Counted from the first letter of the stretch, positions 38,781 to 48,508 are shown. The stretch: 64,000 bases of DNA from an uncultured virus (IMG/VR IMGVR_UViG_3300048911_000053) (IMGVR_UViG_3300048911_000053), one strand, 5' to 3'. The notes: generated from the letters alone by a model not told the origin. Made by a program: numbers and translations.

Positions 38781-39356
38781 TTGGAAACATATTGGACAAG
38801 TGATCTTCACTGGCACCATGCAAGAATTCAGGAGTTTACTGGAAGACCGTGGAATGTTGAAGATCAAACGGAAGCATTAATTAATATTTGGAACGCACAA
38901 GTAAAACCGGGAGACACAGTATATCACTTAGGTGATTTCTGTTTCGGCCTGAATAAAGCTGAAGCAATTCCAAAGATTGTAAAGCGTCTTAATGGAAATA
39001 TTGGTTTCATTCTTGGTAATCACGATACGAGAGCGCACTACGAACAACTAAAAGAAATGTTCGGCGGACGTGTGCTGTTTGTAGAAGACTTCAAACGTAT
39101 TCGTGTCAGCAAGAAAGAAATTACGCTTTGCCATTATCCACTTGTTGTTTGGGAAAATTCTCATCATGGGAAATGGAGCCTTCATGGACATTGCCACGGC
39201 AGTTATGAGCATCCGGGTAGAAGTCTTGATGTAGGGTTAGATAATGCAATCAAGGTACTTGGTGGATACAGACTATTTACTTTTGATGACCTGAATAATT
39301 ACTTCAGAGATAGAGAACCTTGGATGCCAGATCATCATAATGTGAGGACGACATGA
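38781..39356 (+). CDS. Calcineurin-like metallophosphoesterase
   Basis: TSDLHWHH, YHLGDF, LGNHD, CHYP, LHGHCH. TTG start chosen from AGGAGG at 38771. Confidence 0.9.
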   Translation: METYWTSDLHWHHARIQEFTGRPWNVEDQTEALINIWNAQVKPGDTVYHLGDFCFGLNKAEAIPKIVKRLNGNIGFILGNHDTRAHYEQLKEMFGGRVLFVEDFKRIRVSKKEITLCHYPLVVWENSHHGKWSLHGHCHGSYEHPGRSLDVGLDNAIKVLGGYRLFTFDDLNNYFRDREPWMPDHHNVRTT

Positions 39357-39577
39357 TTTCAGCAGAAGAATTAAGAAAGTTTAAATTGGAACTAACAGAG
39401 GATAATTTCATTGAGAGAGTGCTCTTTGCAATAGAAGGCTGTGCTCGGGTTGGGACTGATAAGTTTGAACTTAAATTCTCTTATCCGCCAGGAGGCTTGT
39501 ATGAATTAATAGCTATTGTCAAAAGAAAAGGATTTCTTACTGATGTCTCTAGTCAACGCTTAGTTATTTCTTGGTAA
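39353..39577 (+). CDS. Hypothetical protein
   Basis: Coupled ORF ending LVISW. Confidence 0.55.
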   Translation: MISAEELRKFKLELTEDNFIERVLFAIEGCARVGTDKFELKFSYPPGGLYELIAIVKRKGFLTDVSSQRLVISW

Positions 39578-39595
39578 AACATTAAGGAGAACACG

Positions 39596-39928
39596 GTGAC
39601 AATTAGTTTAGCTGCTGTATTAGTTTTGATATGGATTCACTTTATTGCGGACTTCATTTTTCAAACAGACAAAATGGCATTGAATAAAAGCTCTAATACA
39701 AAATGGTTATCCATTCATGTGCTTGTGTACTCACTATTCTTCGCTTTCTTTGGATGGAAGTTTACAGCAGTTACATACATAGCGCATTGGTTGACAGACT
39801 TCGTATCGAGCAGGGTGACATCGTATTTGTGGAAGAAAGAAAAACGCCACTGGTTCTTTGTCGTAATTGGATTAGATCAAGCGCTACATATGACAGCGTT
39901 AATCTTGGCATATTTTTATTTAGTTTAA
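39596..39928 (+). CDS. DUF3307-like membrane protein
   Basis: HFIADFIFQT, HWLTD, GLDQALH. Confidence 0.85.
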   Translation: MTISLAAVLVLIWIHFIADFIFQTDKMALNKSSNTKWLSIHVLVYSLFFAFFGWKFTAVTYIAHWLTDFVSSRVTSYLWKKEKRHWFFVVIGLDQALHMTALILAYFYLV

Positions 39929-39950
39929 TAGAAAACACTTTAAGGAATAA

Positions 39951-41096
39951 ATGAGTAGCACATATAAAGTTCCATTAACAACAATCAAGGAAATTAAGCC
40001 CCACGGTAATGCAGACAGACTCGAAATAGTTTATGTGTACGGATGGGAAGTAGTAGCAGCAAAAGGTCAATACAAAATTGGTGATGTTGCATTTTATGTA
40101 CCGATTGATTCGATCTTAGATCAAGGTTTAGAGAATTTTCTGTTTCCTCCTGATTCTAAAATCAAACTCGATAAACATAGAGTGAGACAAATTAAAATCC
40201 GTGGTGTTGCATCACAGGGTATGTTGATTAATCCACAGACGTTGATTGATGCAGGCTTATTTAAAGGTGATCTAATTCTTGAGGATGATTATGCAGAGGT
40301 ATTAGGTATCACTAAATATGACCCTCCTGCACCTAAAGAACATACTGGTACGGGTTTACCAGCACCGAAGAAACGTAAACTAGAAAATCCAGAGTTTAAG
40401 AAGTACGGTGGATTAGATAACTACAAATGGTATCCAGATTTGTTCCAAGAAGGCGAATTGGTAGTCATCGAAGAAAAAATACATGGCTCTCATGTTCGAT
40501 GTGGTATGGCTCCTGTCCAAGTCGATACATGGTGGAAGAAAGTTAAGAAATTCTTTGGCTTCCTCCCAACACATGAATGGGTATATGGATCGAACAACGT
40601 TCAATTGCAGACTAAGGCAAAGAATAAGTTCACTGGATACTACGATACGAATATCTATTGTGAAGTATTGGAGAAGTACAACATTCAAAGCAAGCTCCAA
40701 CCCGGTGAGTATTTACATGGGGAAGTTTATGGCTCAGGTGTTCAGAAAAACTATCACTACGATTGCAGTGAAGGTGAACGCAGGCTTTGTATCTTTGATG
40801 TTCGAGTGACTGATCCAGTGACAGGTGTACAACGTTATCTTGATCCCGATGAACGCTTCCATTGGCTAGGTACGCGAGGTCTTGGGTCACTCGGTGTTCC
40901 AAACTTGTATTGGGGTGAATGGAGAGGTGTTGATCATGCCAAGACACTGACTATAGGTAATTCAGTGATGGCTCCCGGTCAAAAGGTGATGGAAGGCGTC
41001 GTGATTCGTAATGTGGATTACAGCGATGGCCGTAAGATTCTGAAGCTTATTAGTGAAGACTATTTAGCTGATTCTACGAATACAGATCATCATTAA
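39951..41096 (+). CDS. RNA ligase (Rnl2/DRB0094-like with N-terminal OB domain)
   Basis: PHGNADRLE, KIRGVASQG, EEKIHGS, HGEVYGSGVQ, IFDV, EGVVIR, KLISEDYL. Confidence 0.9.
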   Translation: MSSTYKVPLTTIKEIKPHGNADRLEIVYVYGWEVVAAKGQYKIGDVAFYVPIDSILDQGLENFLFPPDSKIKLDKHRVRQIKIRGVASQGMLINPQTLIDAGLFKGDLILEDDYAEVLGITKYDPPAPKEHTGTGLPAPKKRKLENPEFKKYGGLDNYKWYPDLFQEGELVVIEEKIHGSHVRCGMAPVQVDTWWKKVKKFFGFLPTHEWVYGSNNVQLQTKAKNKFTGYYDTNIYCEVLEKYNIQSKLQPGEYLHGEVYGSGVQKNYHYDCSEGERRLCIFDVRVTDPVTGVQRYLDPDERFHWLGTRGLGSLGVPNLYWGEWRGVDHAKTLTIGNSVMAPGQKVMEGVVIRNVDYSDGRKILKLISEDYLADSTNTDHH

Positions 41097-41098
41097 CA

Positions 41099-41674
41099 AT
41101 GAAAGAGAATAGATGCAGAACTTGTAATACCGTAGACCAAAGTGTTAGGTGGGGTAGTAAAACACTCTGCCACGCTTGCTACCAAAAAGAATATGTTGAG
41201 ACTAATGCATTAAAGCGTATATGTGCATCTTGTGGATCAACAGAATCTAAAGGTTCATGGTATCGCGGCCCAAAATGTAGTAAATGCTACCATAATGGGA
41301 GATATCAAGAAGGGAGGTCTAGGAGTCCATCACAAAAATATAGTCACCTTGTTTCACAATCGAAACGAAGAAACTCTGTGATGGAAATATCTAAGGAAGA
41401 GTATCTAGATTTGATAAAAGATGGATGTTTTTATTGTGACAGGGATTTATTTAGATTTACTGGGCACAGTCTAGATAAAGTTGATTCTGATAGAGGGTAC
41501 GTAATAGGGAATGTTCTTCCTTGTTGCGGAGACTGCAACAGCCTGCGTATGAATATTCTCACTGTAGATGAAACTATAGAGGTAGTTAAACTCATCAGGA
41601 TTATTCGAGGCACACTGGAGAGTCCTTGGGACTGCCAAACGAGAGCAGATGAAGCCACCCTTTATTTTGATTAA
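41099..41674 (+). CDS. HNH endonuclease with Cys-rich N-terminus
   Basis: CFYC...SLDKVDSDRGYVIGNVLPCCGDCN. Confidence 0.8.
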   Translation: MKENRCRTCNTVDQSVRWGSKTLCHACYQKEYVETNALKRICASCGSTESKGSWYRGPKCSKCYHNGRYQEGRSRSPSQKYSHLVSQSKRRNSVMEISKEEYLDLIKDGCFYCDRDLFRFTGHSLDKVDSDRGYVIGNVLPCCGDCNSLRMNILTVDETIEVVKLIRIIRGTLESPWDCQTRADEATLYFD

Positions 41675-41700
41675 TTCATTTAATTTATTATAAATAAACG

Positions 41701-41730
41701 TTGACATTTTATTATAGATAATACTAGAAT
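41701..41730 (+). promoter_or_regulatory. sigma70-type promoter
   Basis: TTGACA-18-TAGAAT with AT-rich upstream element. Confidence 0.75.
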
Positions 41731-41748
41731 TTAAACATTAGGAAACAT

Positions 41749-42024
41749 ATGGCAAAGACAAGAATTAAAGTAATTGAAAGAGGTAATGGAGGGGTTGATT
41801 ACATTGCTCAGGTGTTAATAAGAAATCCGGGCAGTTTATTTTACCCATTCCGTTCATGGAATAGCATCTTATATAAGTTTGATACAGGCATTCATCCATC
41901 ATTATGCGCTACGTTGGAAAGTGCTCAATATCGCATTGATGGGTATCTCGCTAAAGAGGCTGCTGAGAAAGAAGCTAAGAGGTTGCTGAAAGTTAAGAAA
42001 GTGAGATATGTCAAATACCCATAA
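41749..42024 (+). CDS. Hypothetical protein
   Basis: First ORF after the promoter, AGGA RBS. Confidence 0.6.
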   Translation: MAKTRIKVIERGNGGVDYIAQVLIRNPGSLFYPFRSWNSILYKFDTGIHPSLCATLESAQYRIDGYLAKEAAEKEAKRLLKVKKVRYVKYP

Positions 42025-42406
42025 GAGTTTAATCCTGGTGAGAGGATTACCGGGTGCTGGTAAAAGTACATTTGCAAAAAGCCTCAGAGGTCAACATTTT
42101 GAGGCTGACCAATTCTTTATTGGTGACGATGGTGTTTATCGATGGGACGGGATGCAGATTGGTGAGGCTCATGTGTGGTGTCAAACATCCACTGAGCTGG
42201 CAATGGAGCTACGTTATCCACTAATTGTTGTGTCGAACACCTTCACCACTGAGAAAGAGTTGAAGCCTTACTTGAATATGGCTAGGAAGCATAATTACCA
42301 GACAACGGTATTGATTGTTGAAAATAGGAACTCTACTGAGAGTGTACATAACGTACCTCCAGAGGTGATTGAGAAAATGAGAGCGAGGTTTAGCGTAAGG
42401 CTATGA
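42008..42406 (+). CDS. P-loop kinase (polynucleotide kinase/AAA_33-like)
   Basis: LVRGLPGAGKSTFA, FEADQFF, VVSNTFT, HNVPPEVIEKM. Confidence 0.88.
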   Translation: MSNTHKSLILVRGLPGAGKSTFAKSLRGQHFEADQFFIGDDGVYRWDGMQIGEAHVWCQTSTELAMELRYPLIVVSNTFTTEKELKPYLNMARKHNYQTTVLIVENRNSTESVHNVPPEVIEKMRARFSVRL

Positions 42407-42678
42407 GTTTAGGAATGATCTATTTGATTGGCTTGGTTGTCACATGGATAGGTGCTGTTGCTTATGCGTATTTCTTGAATGAAGAAAAAATTAAAGGTAA
42501 ATGTAAAAGATTTAACAAAACTTCCGATGATTATGAACACTCTGTGGAGCATTACTTCATTGCAACTCTTTACGGAGTTATCTGGCCTACAAGTGTTCCT
42601 ATTACTGCCATTATTCTGGTGGGGTTAGTTTTAGGAAAAGAAATAGTGAAATATTTTGATAAGAAGGAAATAAAATAA
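42403..42678 (+). CDS. Small two-TM membrane protein
   Basis: Two hydrophobic stretches, IWP motif. Confidence 0.6.
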   Translation: MSLGMIYLIGLVVTWIGAVAYAYFLNEEKIKGKCKRFNKTSDDYEHSVEHYFIATLYGVIWPTSVPITAIILVGLVLGKEIVKYFDKKEIK

Positions 42679-43496
42679 TGGGCTTCATCAGAGTTAATGG
42701 GAGAACAGTTGATAGCTTCACATTCCCTGGCGGTGAGCTACAGATTAATATCGGAAACCTGTTTGATGAGCATGTAATTGTCGATGCTTGTATTCAGAAC
42801 TCAGATGATATTATGAAGCTCATCCTCGTAACTGAAGCTGTTTCACAAACGGGGTATACAAAAGAAAGATATTTGAATCTCCATTATGTTCCGTATGCAC
42901 GACAAGATAGGAGATGCAATGAAGGTGAAGCGCATAGCTTGCGTGCATTCGCTGAGCTTATAAATATTTTAGATTATGATTGTGTCCATGTCAGTGATCC
43001 ACATAGCGATGTTGTTGAAGCACTGATTGATAATGTGCATGTAATTCATCAAGAAGATTTGGTAACACAAATCGTGCCGAAGGGTGATTACTTCGTTGTA
43101 AGTCCAGATGGTGGAGCACTGAAGAAGATTTATAAAGTGGCTAAGGCTCTTGATGCAGCAGCCATCGTTAAAGCGGACAAGGTTAGGGATATTACAACAG
43201 GAGCAATTACAGCAACTAATATTTCTATTCCATCACTCTACGCTCAAACAGGTAAGACTTTTCTAGTGGTAGATGATATTTGTGATGGAGGTAGAACGTT
43301 TGTTGAATTAGGAAAGGAGATGCTATGTAACGGTGTGGAGAGGGACCAACTAGAGCTGTATGTAACGCACGGTATCTTTAGTAAAGGCTTTGATGAGTTG
43401 TTGCAGTATTACAGTAAAATTTATACGACGAATTCTTTTCGTCAGGACATTAACCAAGAAGGTGTAGAAGTTTTGGACGTGTGGGAAATCAAATGA
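42678..43496 (+). CDS. Ribose-phosphate pyrophosphokinase-like protein (Prs/Adps-like)
   Basis: FPGGE, YVPYARQDR, DPHSDV, SPDGGA, VVDDICDGGRTF, YVTHGIFSKG. Confidence 0.9.
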   Translation: MGFIRVNGRTVDSFTFPGGELQINIGNLFDEHVIVDACIQNSDDIMKLILVTEAVSQTGYTKERYLNLHYVPYARQDRRCNEGEAHSLRAFAELINILDYDCVHVSDPHSDVVEALIDNVHVIHQEDLVTQIVPKGDYFVVSPDGGALKKIYKVAKALDAAAIVKADKVRDITTGAITATNISIPSLYAQTGKTFLVVDDICDGGRTFVELGKEMLCNGVERDQLELYVTHGIFSKGFDELLQYYSKIYTTNSFRQDINQEGVEVLDVWEIK

Positions 43497-43717
43497 AAGT
43501 AGAGTTAGAAGGAATAAAACCAACTTTTCGGCCGGTGAAATTGATCATCTCGATCGATAACGAGAATGAACTCAGAGAGTTATGGCATCGCTTTAATTTA
43601 CCCAGTAGGATCTTTGTGAATGAGGGGGTAGTTGATCTTCCAAATTCATGTGATTCTTATGGAGTTTGGAGAGTTCTTAATAATTTAGCAATCGAAACAG
43701 GGGTACGAGTGAAGTGA
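43495..43717 (+). CDS. Hypothetical protein (start approximate)
   Basis: KVELEGIKPTFRPVKLIISIDNENELRELW, between the two NAD genes. Confidence 0.5.
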
Positions 43718-45321
43718 ATTTAAATGCATTAACAATTATCGATTTTTATAAAGCAGATCATCGTCGTCAGTATCCAGAAGGTACTGAATTGGTTTACTCC
43801 AATTTCACACCTCGTAGTGGAAGACTTGCACCTGTATTGAAAGATCGTTGGGATGGGAAAGTAGTTGTATTCGGTATTCAGTATCTCTGTGTGCATTACC
43901 TGATCGAGGTATTTGATGAGACTTTCTTTTTGCTACCCAAAGAAACTGTTGTTCGTCAGTACAAACGTCGAATGGATACAGCTCTTGGTCAAGATGCAGT
44001 GTCAGTAGATCACATCGAAGCTCTACATGATCTTGGATACCTGCCTATTGAGATTAAAGCACTTCCTGAAGGCTCAGTAGTCCCGATGAAGGTTCCTGTA
44101 CTTACAATCAAGAATACACTTCCTGAATTCTTTTGGATTGTGAATTATCTGGAGACTTTGCTGAGTAATACTTTATGGCATCCGATGACTGTTGCAACGA
44201 TTGCTCGTGAATACAAACGTATGCTGATGGATTATGCAGAAACCACTGGAGCATCGAAGGATTTTGTTCCATTCCAAGCACATGATTTTAGCTATCGCGG
44301 AGTAGAAAATCCGTATGCTGCTGCTAGTGCAATGGGTCACCTGTTGTCATTCGTAGGTACTGATACTGTCGCTGCTATTGATGCTGCTGAAGACTACTAC
44401 GGAGCTGATGCTGAAAAAGAACTAATTGGTTGTAGCGTACCTGCTACTGAACACAGTGTTATGTGTATGGGTGGACAAGAAGATGAGATCGGTACTTTTA
44501 AGCGGTTGGTTACTGAGTTGTATCCTCGTGGTATTGTTTCCATCGTTTCTGACACTTGGGATTTCTGGCGTGTTGTTACTGAGTATGTTGATATTCTCAA
44601 ACCAGAGATTATGGCTCGTGAAGGGAAGGTGGTAATCCGTCCTGATAGTGGTGATCCGGTTAAGATTGTTTGCGGGTATCGCGCATATGAGCACAACGGG
44701 CCAGAACATCTTGGAGACATCCTAGGCCGATTCGATACCATCAACGCAGAAGTAATTAAGTGGCGTGGGAAATGGTATGAAATTAAACAAGATTTGACTT
44801 TCAACGAAACTAATCTGACTGACTCTGAAGTTAAAGGCGCAATCCAATGCTTATGGGATGTCTTTGGTGGCACTATCAACGACAAGGGCTTCAAGGAGCT
44901 TGATCCACACATTGGCCTCATCTATGGCGATAGCATCACTCTGGAGCGTGCTCAAACGATTCTGGAAGGATTGAAGGCTAAAGGCTTTGCATCGAGTAAT
45001 GTTGTATTTGGTGTTGGCAGCTTCACGTATCAACACGTCACTCGTGACAGCTTTGGTTTTGCAATGAAAGCAACCTATGGTGTTGTAGATGGTGTAGGAA
45101 GAGAAATCTTCAAAGACCCAATTACTGACAGCGGCACTAAGAAATCAGCTAAAGGGTTACTTCGTATTGATCTAGATGATAATGGTGAATACGTTCTGAA
45201 AGATCAGTGTGATTGGATGACTGAGGAAGGTGGACAACTGGAGACTGTATTCAAAGATGGCGATCTGGTAAAAACAACGACACTGGCTGAGATTCGTCAA
45301 CGAGTAGAAGAGGGGTTGTAA
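43714..45321 (+). CDS. Nicotinamide phosphoribosyltransferase-like protein (Nampt/Namat-like)
   Basis: DFYKADH, YSNFTPR, HDFSYRG, SVPATEHSVM, SIVSDTWD, VIRPDSGDP, IYGDSIT, KDPITDSGTKKSAKG. Confidence 0.93.
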   Translation: MNLNALTIIDFYKADHRRQYPEGTELVYSNFTPRSGRLAPVLKDRWDGKVVVFGIQYLCVHYLIEVFDETFFLLPKETVVRQYKRRMDTALGQDAVSVDHIEALHDLGYLPIEIKALPEGSVVPMKVPVLTIKNTLPEFFWIVNYLETLLSNTLWHPMTVATIAREYKRMLMDYAETTGASKDFVPFQAHDFSYRGVENPYAAASAMGHLLSFVGTDTVAAIDAAEDYYGADAEKELIGCSVPATEHSVMCMGGQEDEIGTFKRLVTELYPRGIVSIVSDTWDFWRVVTEYVDILKPEIMAREGKVVIRPDSGDPVKIVCGYRAYEHNGPEHLGDILGRFDTINAEVIKWRGKWYEIKQDLTFNETNLTDSEVKGAIQCLWDVFGGTINDKGFKELDPHIGLIYGDSITLERAQTILEGLKAKGFASSNVVFGVGSFTYQHVTRDSFGFAMKATYGVVDGVGREIFKDPITDSGTKKSAKGLLRIDLDDNGEYVLKDQCDWMTEEGGQLETVFKDGDLVKTTTLAEIRQRVEEGL

Positions 45322-45587
45322 TGGCCCCTACACCAAATCAGAAAGATATTGAGTATTTACAGAAGCTCATACCAATGGATTGCGAGGTAATCAACCTAGC
45401 CATTCTCAGCAACCTTTCTGTTGTGTTTATGGTGAAGGTCGAACATATGCACCCTAAATATTGGTATGGTTGGAGTAACTTAATGGATAACAACATAACA
45501 ATCTTCAGACCTATTGGTGGTATTTGGAGAGATGTTGTATTCGATATTAATGAATTAAATTTTGATAAAGCAGAAGAGGTAGTATGA
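45321..45587 (+). CDS. Hypothetical protein
   Basis: Coupled ORF. Confidence 0.5.
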   Translation: MAPTPNQKDIEYLQKLIPMDCEVINLAILSNLSVVFMVKVEHMHPKYWYGWSNLMDNNITIFRPIGGIWRDVVFDINELNFDKAEEVV

Positions 45588-46039
45588 ATTTAGAAATAGA
45601 TGTACCAGTAGACTTTCAAGGGTGGGTTTTAGATTTAGGTGATAAGTTTCGACCAGAACCAACGCTTTGTATTCAAGCCAAATCCCTTTGCAGATTTATG
45701 GATAGTCTTGGTTATGAATATCAACCCGAAGGGCTTGTATTTACGCTAACTGAAGATCAAGGCCGTGTAGGTGAGGCAAGAGCAACACTGAGTCTTGCTA
45801 CAGCTATCCGATTACACAATGCAAGAGATATTGATTGGATAATGTCTGGTGGATTCTGTTGGCTACCTGTAATGCCTTCAGTGAAATTTCGTAAGTACTA
45901 TTTGGATTGTGCTTTAACAGCCAAGATCGTTCGAGAAGTGAAACTACAGATCGTTGACGATGAGGTAGTAACGAGTAATGACTTGGTGAGGTTTGTAAAA
46001 CCAGAATATGCATCCATGTTAAAGCGTGGGTTTATGTAG
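45584..46039 (+). CDS. Hypothetical protein
   Basis: GAGGT RBS; last gene before the terminator. Confidence 0.6.
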   Translation: MNLEIDVPVDFQGWVLDLGDKFRPEPTLCIQAKSLCRFMDSLGYEYQPEGLVFTLTEDQGRVGEARATLSLATAIRLHNARDIDWIMSGGFCWLPVMPSVKFRKYYLDCALTAKIVREVKLQIVDDEVVTSNDLVRFVKPEYASMLKRGFM

Positions 46040-46063
46040 GGAGCCTTTCGGCTCCCTTTTGTT
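46038..46063 (+). terminator. Intrinsic terminator between convergent genes
   Basis: AGGGAGCC-TTTC-GGCTCCCT then TTTGTTT. Confidence 0.85.
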
Positions 46064-46561
46064 TCACTTCTTTTTGGTCTTGCCTTGAGGCTCACTCGGA
46101 GCAGTTTCAGGAACAAGCTGTACACATCGAGCAGTATCCGTAAAGGCAACTTTCAACATAGCCTGTTTATCCTTCAACATATCCTCCTTCATAAGCCCTT
46201 CACTGAATGCCTGTTTGAATTGGACAGGAGCATGACCAAATCCAGACCAATTACGCTGGAAGCCATGTATGTCCGTAATCTGATATTTGTCCTCAATCTG
46301 AACCATCTGTTTCCGTTTTTTAGGAACAGGGACTGTGGAGCCATCGAGTGACATTCCAACTTCAGCCAGCATCTCAGCAACTTTCTGGAGCGTTTGTTCT
46401 CGCTTAGACTCAAATACCATTGATTGATGGTGTTCCTCTTGAGCCTCCCTAAGACGCTCGCTCACTATCTCCTGAAGGGATTCCAACTGTTCAATCGTCA
46501 ACTTCTTTAGAGCGGCCTTGGCTCTACCCTTGTGACTCAAAATATCAAAGAACTCACTCAT
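46064..46561 (-). CDS. H-NS family nucleoid-associated protein homologue
   Basis: MSEFFDILSHKGRAKAALKKLTIEQLESLQE oligomerisation helix and KYQITDIHGFQRNWSGFGHAP DNA-binding-like domain. GGAG RBS before the ATG at 46561. Confidence 0.8.
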   Translation of the reverse strand: MSEFFDILSHKGRAKAALKKLTIEQLESLQEIVSERLREAQEEHHQSMVFESKREQTLQKVAEMLAEVGMSLDGSTVPVPKKRKQMVQIEDKYQITDIHGFQRNWSGFGHAPVQFKQAFSEGLMKEDMLKDKQAMLKVAFTDTARCVQLVPETAPSEPQGKTKKK

Positions 46562-47147
46562 TAGCTTTCTCCATTGATTAAAAATTGTACAGACGCTTTC
46601 TGCTCGGACCAGTCCCCTCCGTAGAAATAACATCCGTGAATTGAAGACAATCTATAAACGCTTTAGAAGAATATCAGACTGAGGGTAGGGATTGCTATAG
46701 CTATTCCTAGATCGTTCCCCATAGACGTTCCTATGAAGCTATACAGCATGTTTATAGTGACTCATACAGTCTTTATTTCTTTGTTATTTACATTCCCGCC
46801 GTCTGAAATAAGTCCTGTTAATAGGTGATTGTTTTTGAGCGTTTTGGTAAATATCACAGGTTTGATCGGGAGGTGTTTATCAATGTAGGAGCATGGCTTT
46901 TGTAGCTTTCTGAAATTTTAAAATATCCAACCATTACGCCTAGCCATTACGCTTCAACGCCAAGCCATTGATTCTATTGGAAGTTCGTCCCCAGTAACGG
47001 GAGACAGTGCGGGAATGCATCTAGTTTAAGCTGATTTGATGCCTTGTTTGTGTCATTTGTTGGTATGAATCGAGAATCTAAAACTATGAGCGATATTGAT
47101 TATATCTAATCACGTTCGCTAAACAACTCTACTACAACCTCCCTACA

Positions 47148-47241
47148 CCACAACATATAGTGCAAACGCTATATTTGCCTCCTACATATTGATACGTCAA
47201 CCATAACACTACATATAGTGCCTGCTTTCTACATATTGTGT
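47148..47241. promoter_or_regulatory. Four NrdR-box-like 16-mers
   Basis: CCACAACATATAGTGC (47148), CTCCTACATATTGATA (47179), ACACTACATATAGTGC (47206), TTTCTACATATTGTGT (47226). Confidence 0.55.
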
Positions 47242-47269
47242 TGCCATAAAGCATATAGCCAGAAACAAC

Positions 47270-47292
47270 AAAGCCCGCATTAGCGGGCTTTT
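47270..47292. terminator. Intrinsic terminator, potentially bidirectional
   Basis: AAAGCCCGC-ATTA-GCGGGCTTTT. Confidence 0.8.
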
Positions 47293-47310
47293 TGCTTACG
47301 TCCGATGGCT

Positions 47311-47481
47311 TCAGAACAGAAACTTAACTACAGCCAAAGCTGCTCCGAATACGCCTGCTACGGCTACAAAGGGATACCATCGAGCTTCGGCGTTAATCTT
47401 TGATGTCTCGGCCATAAGCTTAGAGATTTCAGCTTGTAGCTTGTCTTGGCTGAGTTCATTCATTGTCGGTGCCTGTTGCAT
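47311..47481 (-). CDS. Small coiled-coil protein with C-terminal TM helix
   Basis: 56 aa MQQAPTMNELSQDKLQAEISKLMAETSKINAEARWYPFVAVAGVFGAALAVVKFLF; AAGGAG RBS; below the track cutoff. Confidence 0.7.
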   Translation of the reverse strand: MQQAPTMNELSQDKLQAEISKLMAETSKINAEARWYPFVAVAGVFGAALAVVKFLF

Positions 47482-47796
47482 TGTGCTTGCTCCTTATTGA
47501 TAACATTTAGAAGTGTTTTAGTCAATGCTGAGTGTGTAGGCTACACAGCACCGCTTTAGTAATAAACACTCGCCATCCTTTGCGATAATGCTTAGCGTGC
47601 ACGTTGTAACCTTTAAGCTTGTAACGCTCTGCCACTTCGATTGCTTGCCAACTACTAGGGATTCGGAAAGTAATCATAATTAGATGCCTCGCTCTTGATC
47701 TTCGTTGCTCATGCTCTTGCAAACTGAGCCAAACAATACGCAGACGCTAAAGCCGACTAGAAGGTATAACCCGATCAAGTGCAGATACTCAAACAT

Positions 47797-47997
47797 TTAG
47801 ATTTGCTCCTTTGCTTCTAAGTAGAATTCAGATTCTTTGCCTTGTAATTTACCCTCATAAACAAGGCCGCAAGATGTCCCGTTATAGATGTCGGTAACTT
47901 GATAACTACCGTCGAACTTTGTTACCGAATAGCGACCATTGCACCAATGCACGACTTTTCCAGCATCGACGGCTTGTTTAATCTCTTCTAGTGACAT
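47797..47997 (-). CDS. Hypothetical early-type protein
   Basis: MSLEEIKQAVDAGKVVHW; follows the stop of the upstream gene. Confidence 0.6.
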   Translation of the reverse strand: MSLEEIKQAVDAGKVVHWCNGRYSVTKFDGSYQVTDIYNGTSCGLVYEGKLQGKESEFYLEAKEQI

Positions 47998-47999
47998 GA

Positions 48000-48335
48000 T
48001 TAAGCTGCCTTCTTTGAAGGAATTGGCCAAAACTTGTCAGATGTTATTGGCATCAATTCGAGTTGATATACATTGCTATAATCAATGTGCGTTACAACTG
48101 CATTAGTGGGCATTTGAGCAATGTTATTAGTCTGCTGAGGCTTTGCCGTAGCTTTAGGGGAGAGTTGCTGTAAAGCTTCCACACCATAAGGAAAGGACTC
48201 TTTCCCGAACATATTGCAAGCAAGGTTTAGACGTTGTTTCCATGTTCCCTTAACATCTTCCTTACGTCCAACTCTACCGCTCATTACCTTACGGATCAGG
48301 CGAGCTGTACAAGAGAAGCGAGATAATGAATTCAT
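48000..48335 (-). CDS. Hypothetical early-type protein
   Basis: MNSLSRFSCTARLIRK; GAGGG RBS; AT-rich promoter-like region upstream. Confidence 0.55.
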   Translation of the reverse strand: MNSLSRFSCTARLIRKVMSGRVGRKEDVKGTWKQRLNLACNMFGKESFPYGVEALQQLSPKATAKPQQTNNIAQMPTNAVVTHIDYSNVYQLELMPITSDKFWPIPSKKAA

Positions 48336-48483
48336 TTTTTTGTTACCCTCTATTAATTCTTGTTTGTGTTTAGATGTTGTTATACTAGCGTTGTATAATA
48401 AATTAATCAAATAAATCAATAGAAAGAATTACTATAGATAATCCTTTATTAATTAATAAATATAATAAATGAAATTGAGGACG

Positions 48484-48508
48484 AAAAAGAGCCGACATAA
48501 AGTCGGCT
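48484..48508 (-). terminator. Intrinsic terminator
   Basis: AGCCGAC-TTTAT-GTCGGCT then CTTTTT. Confidence 0.7.
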
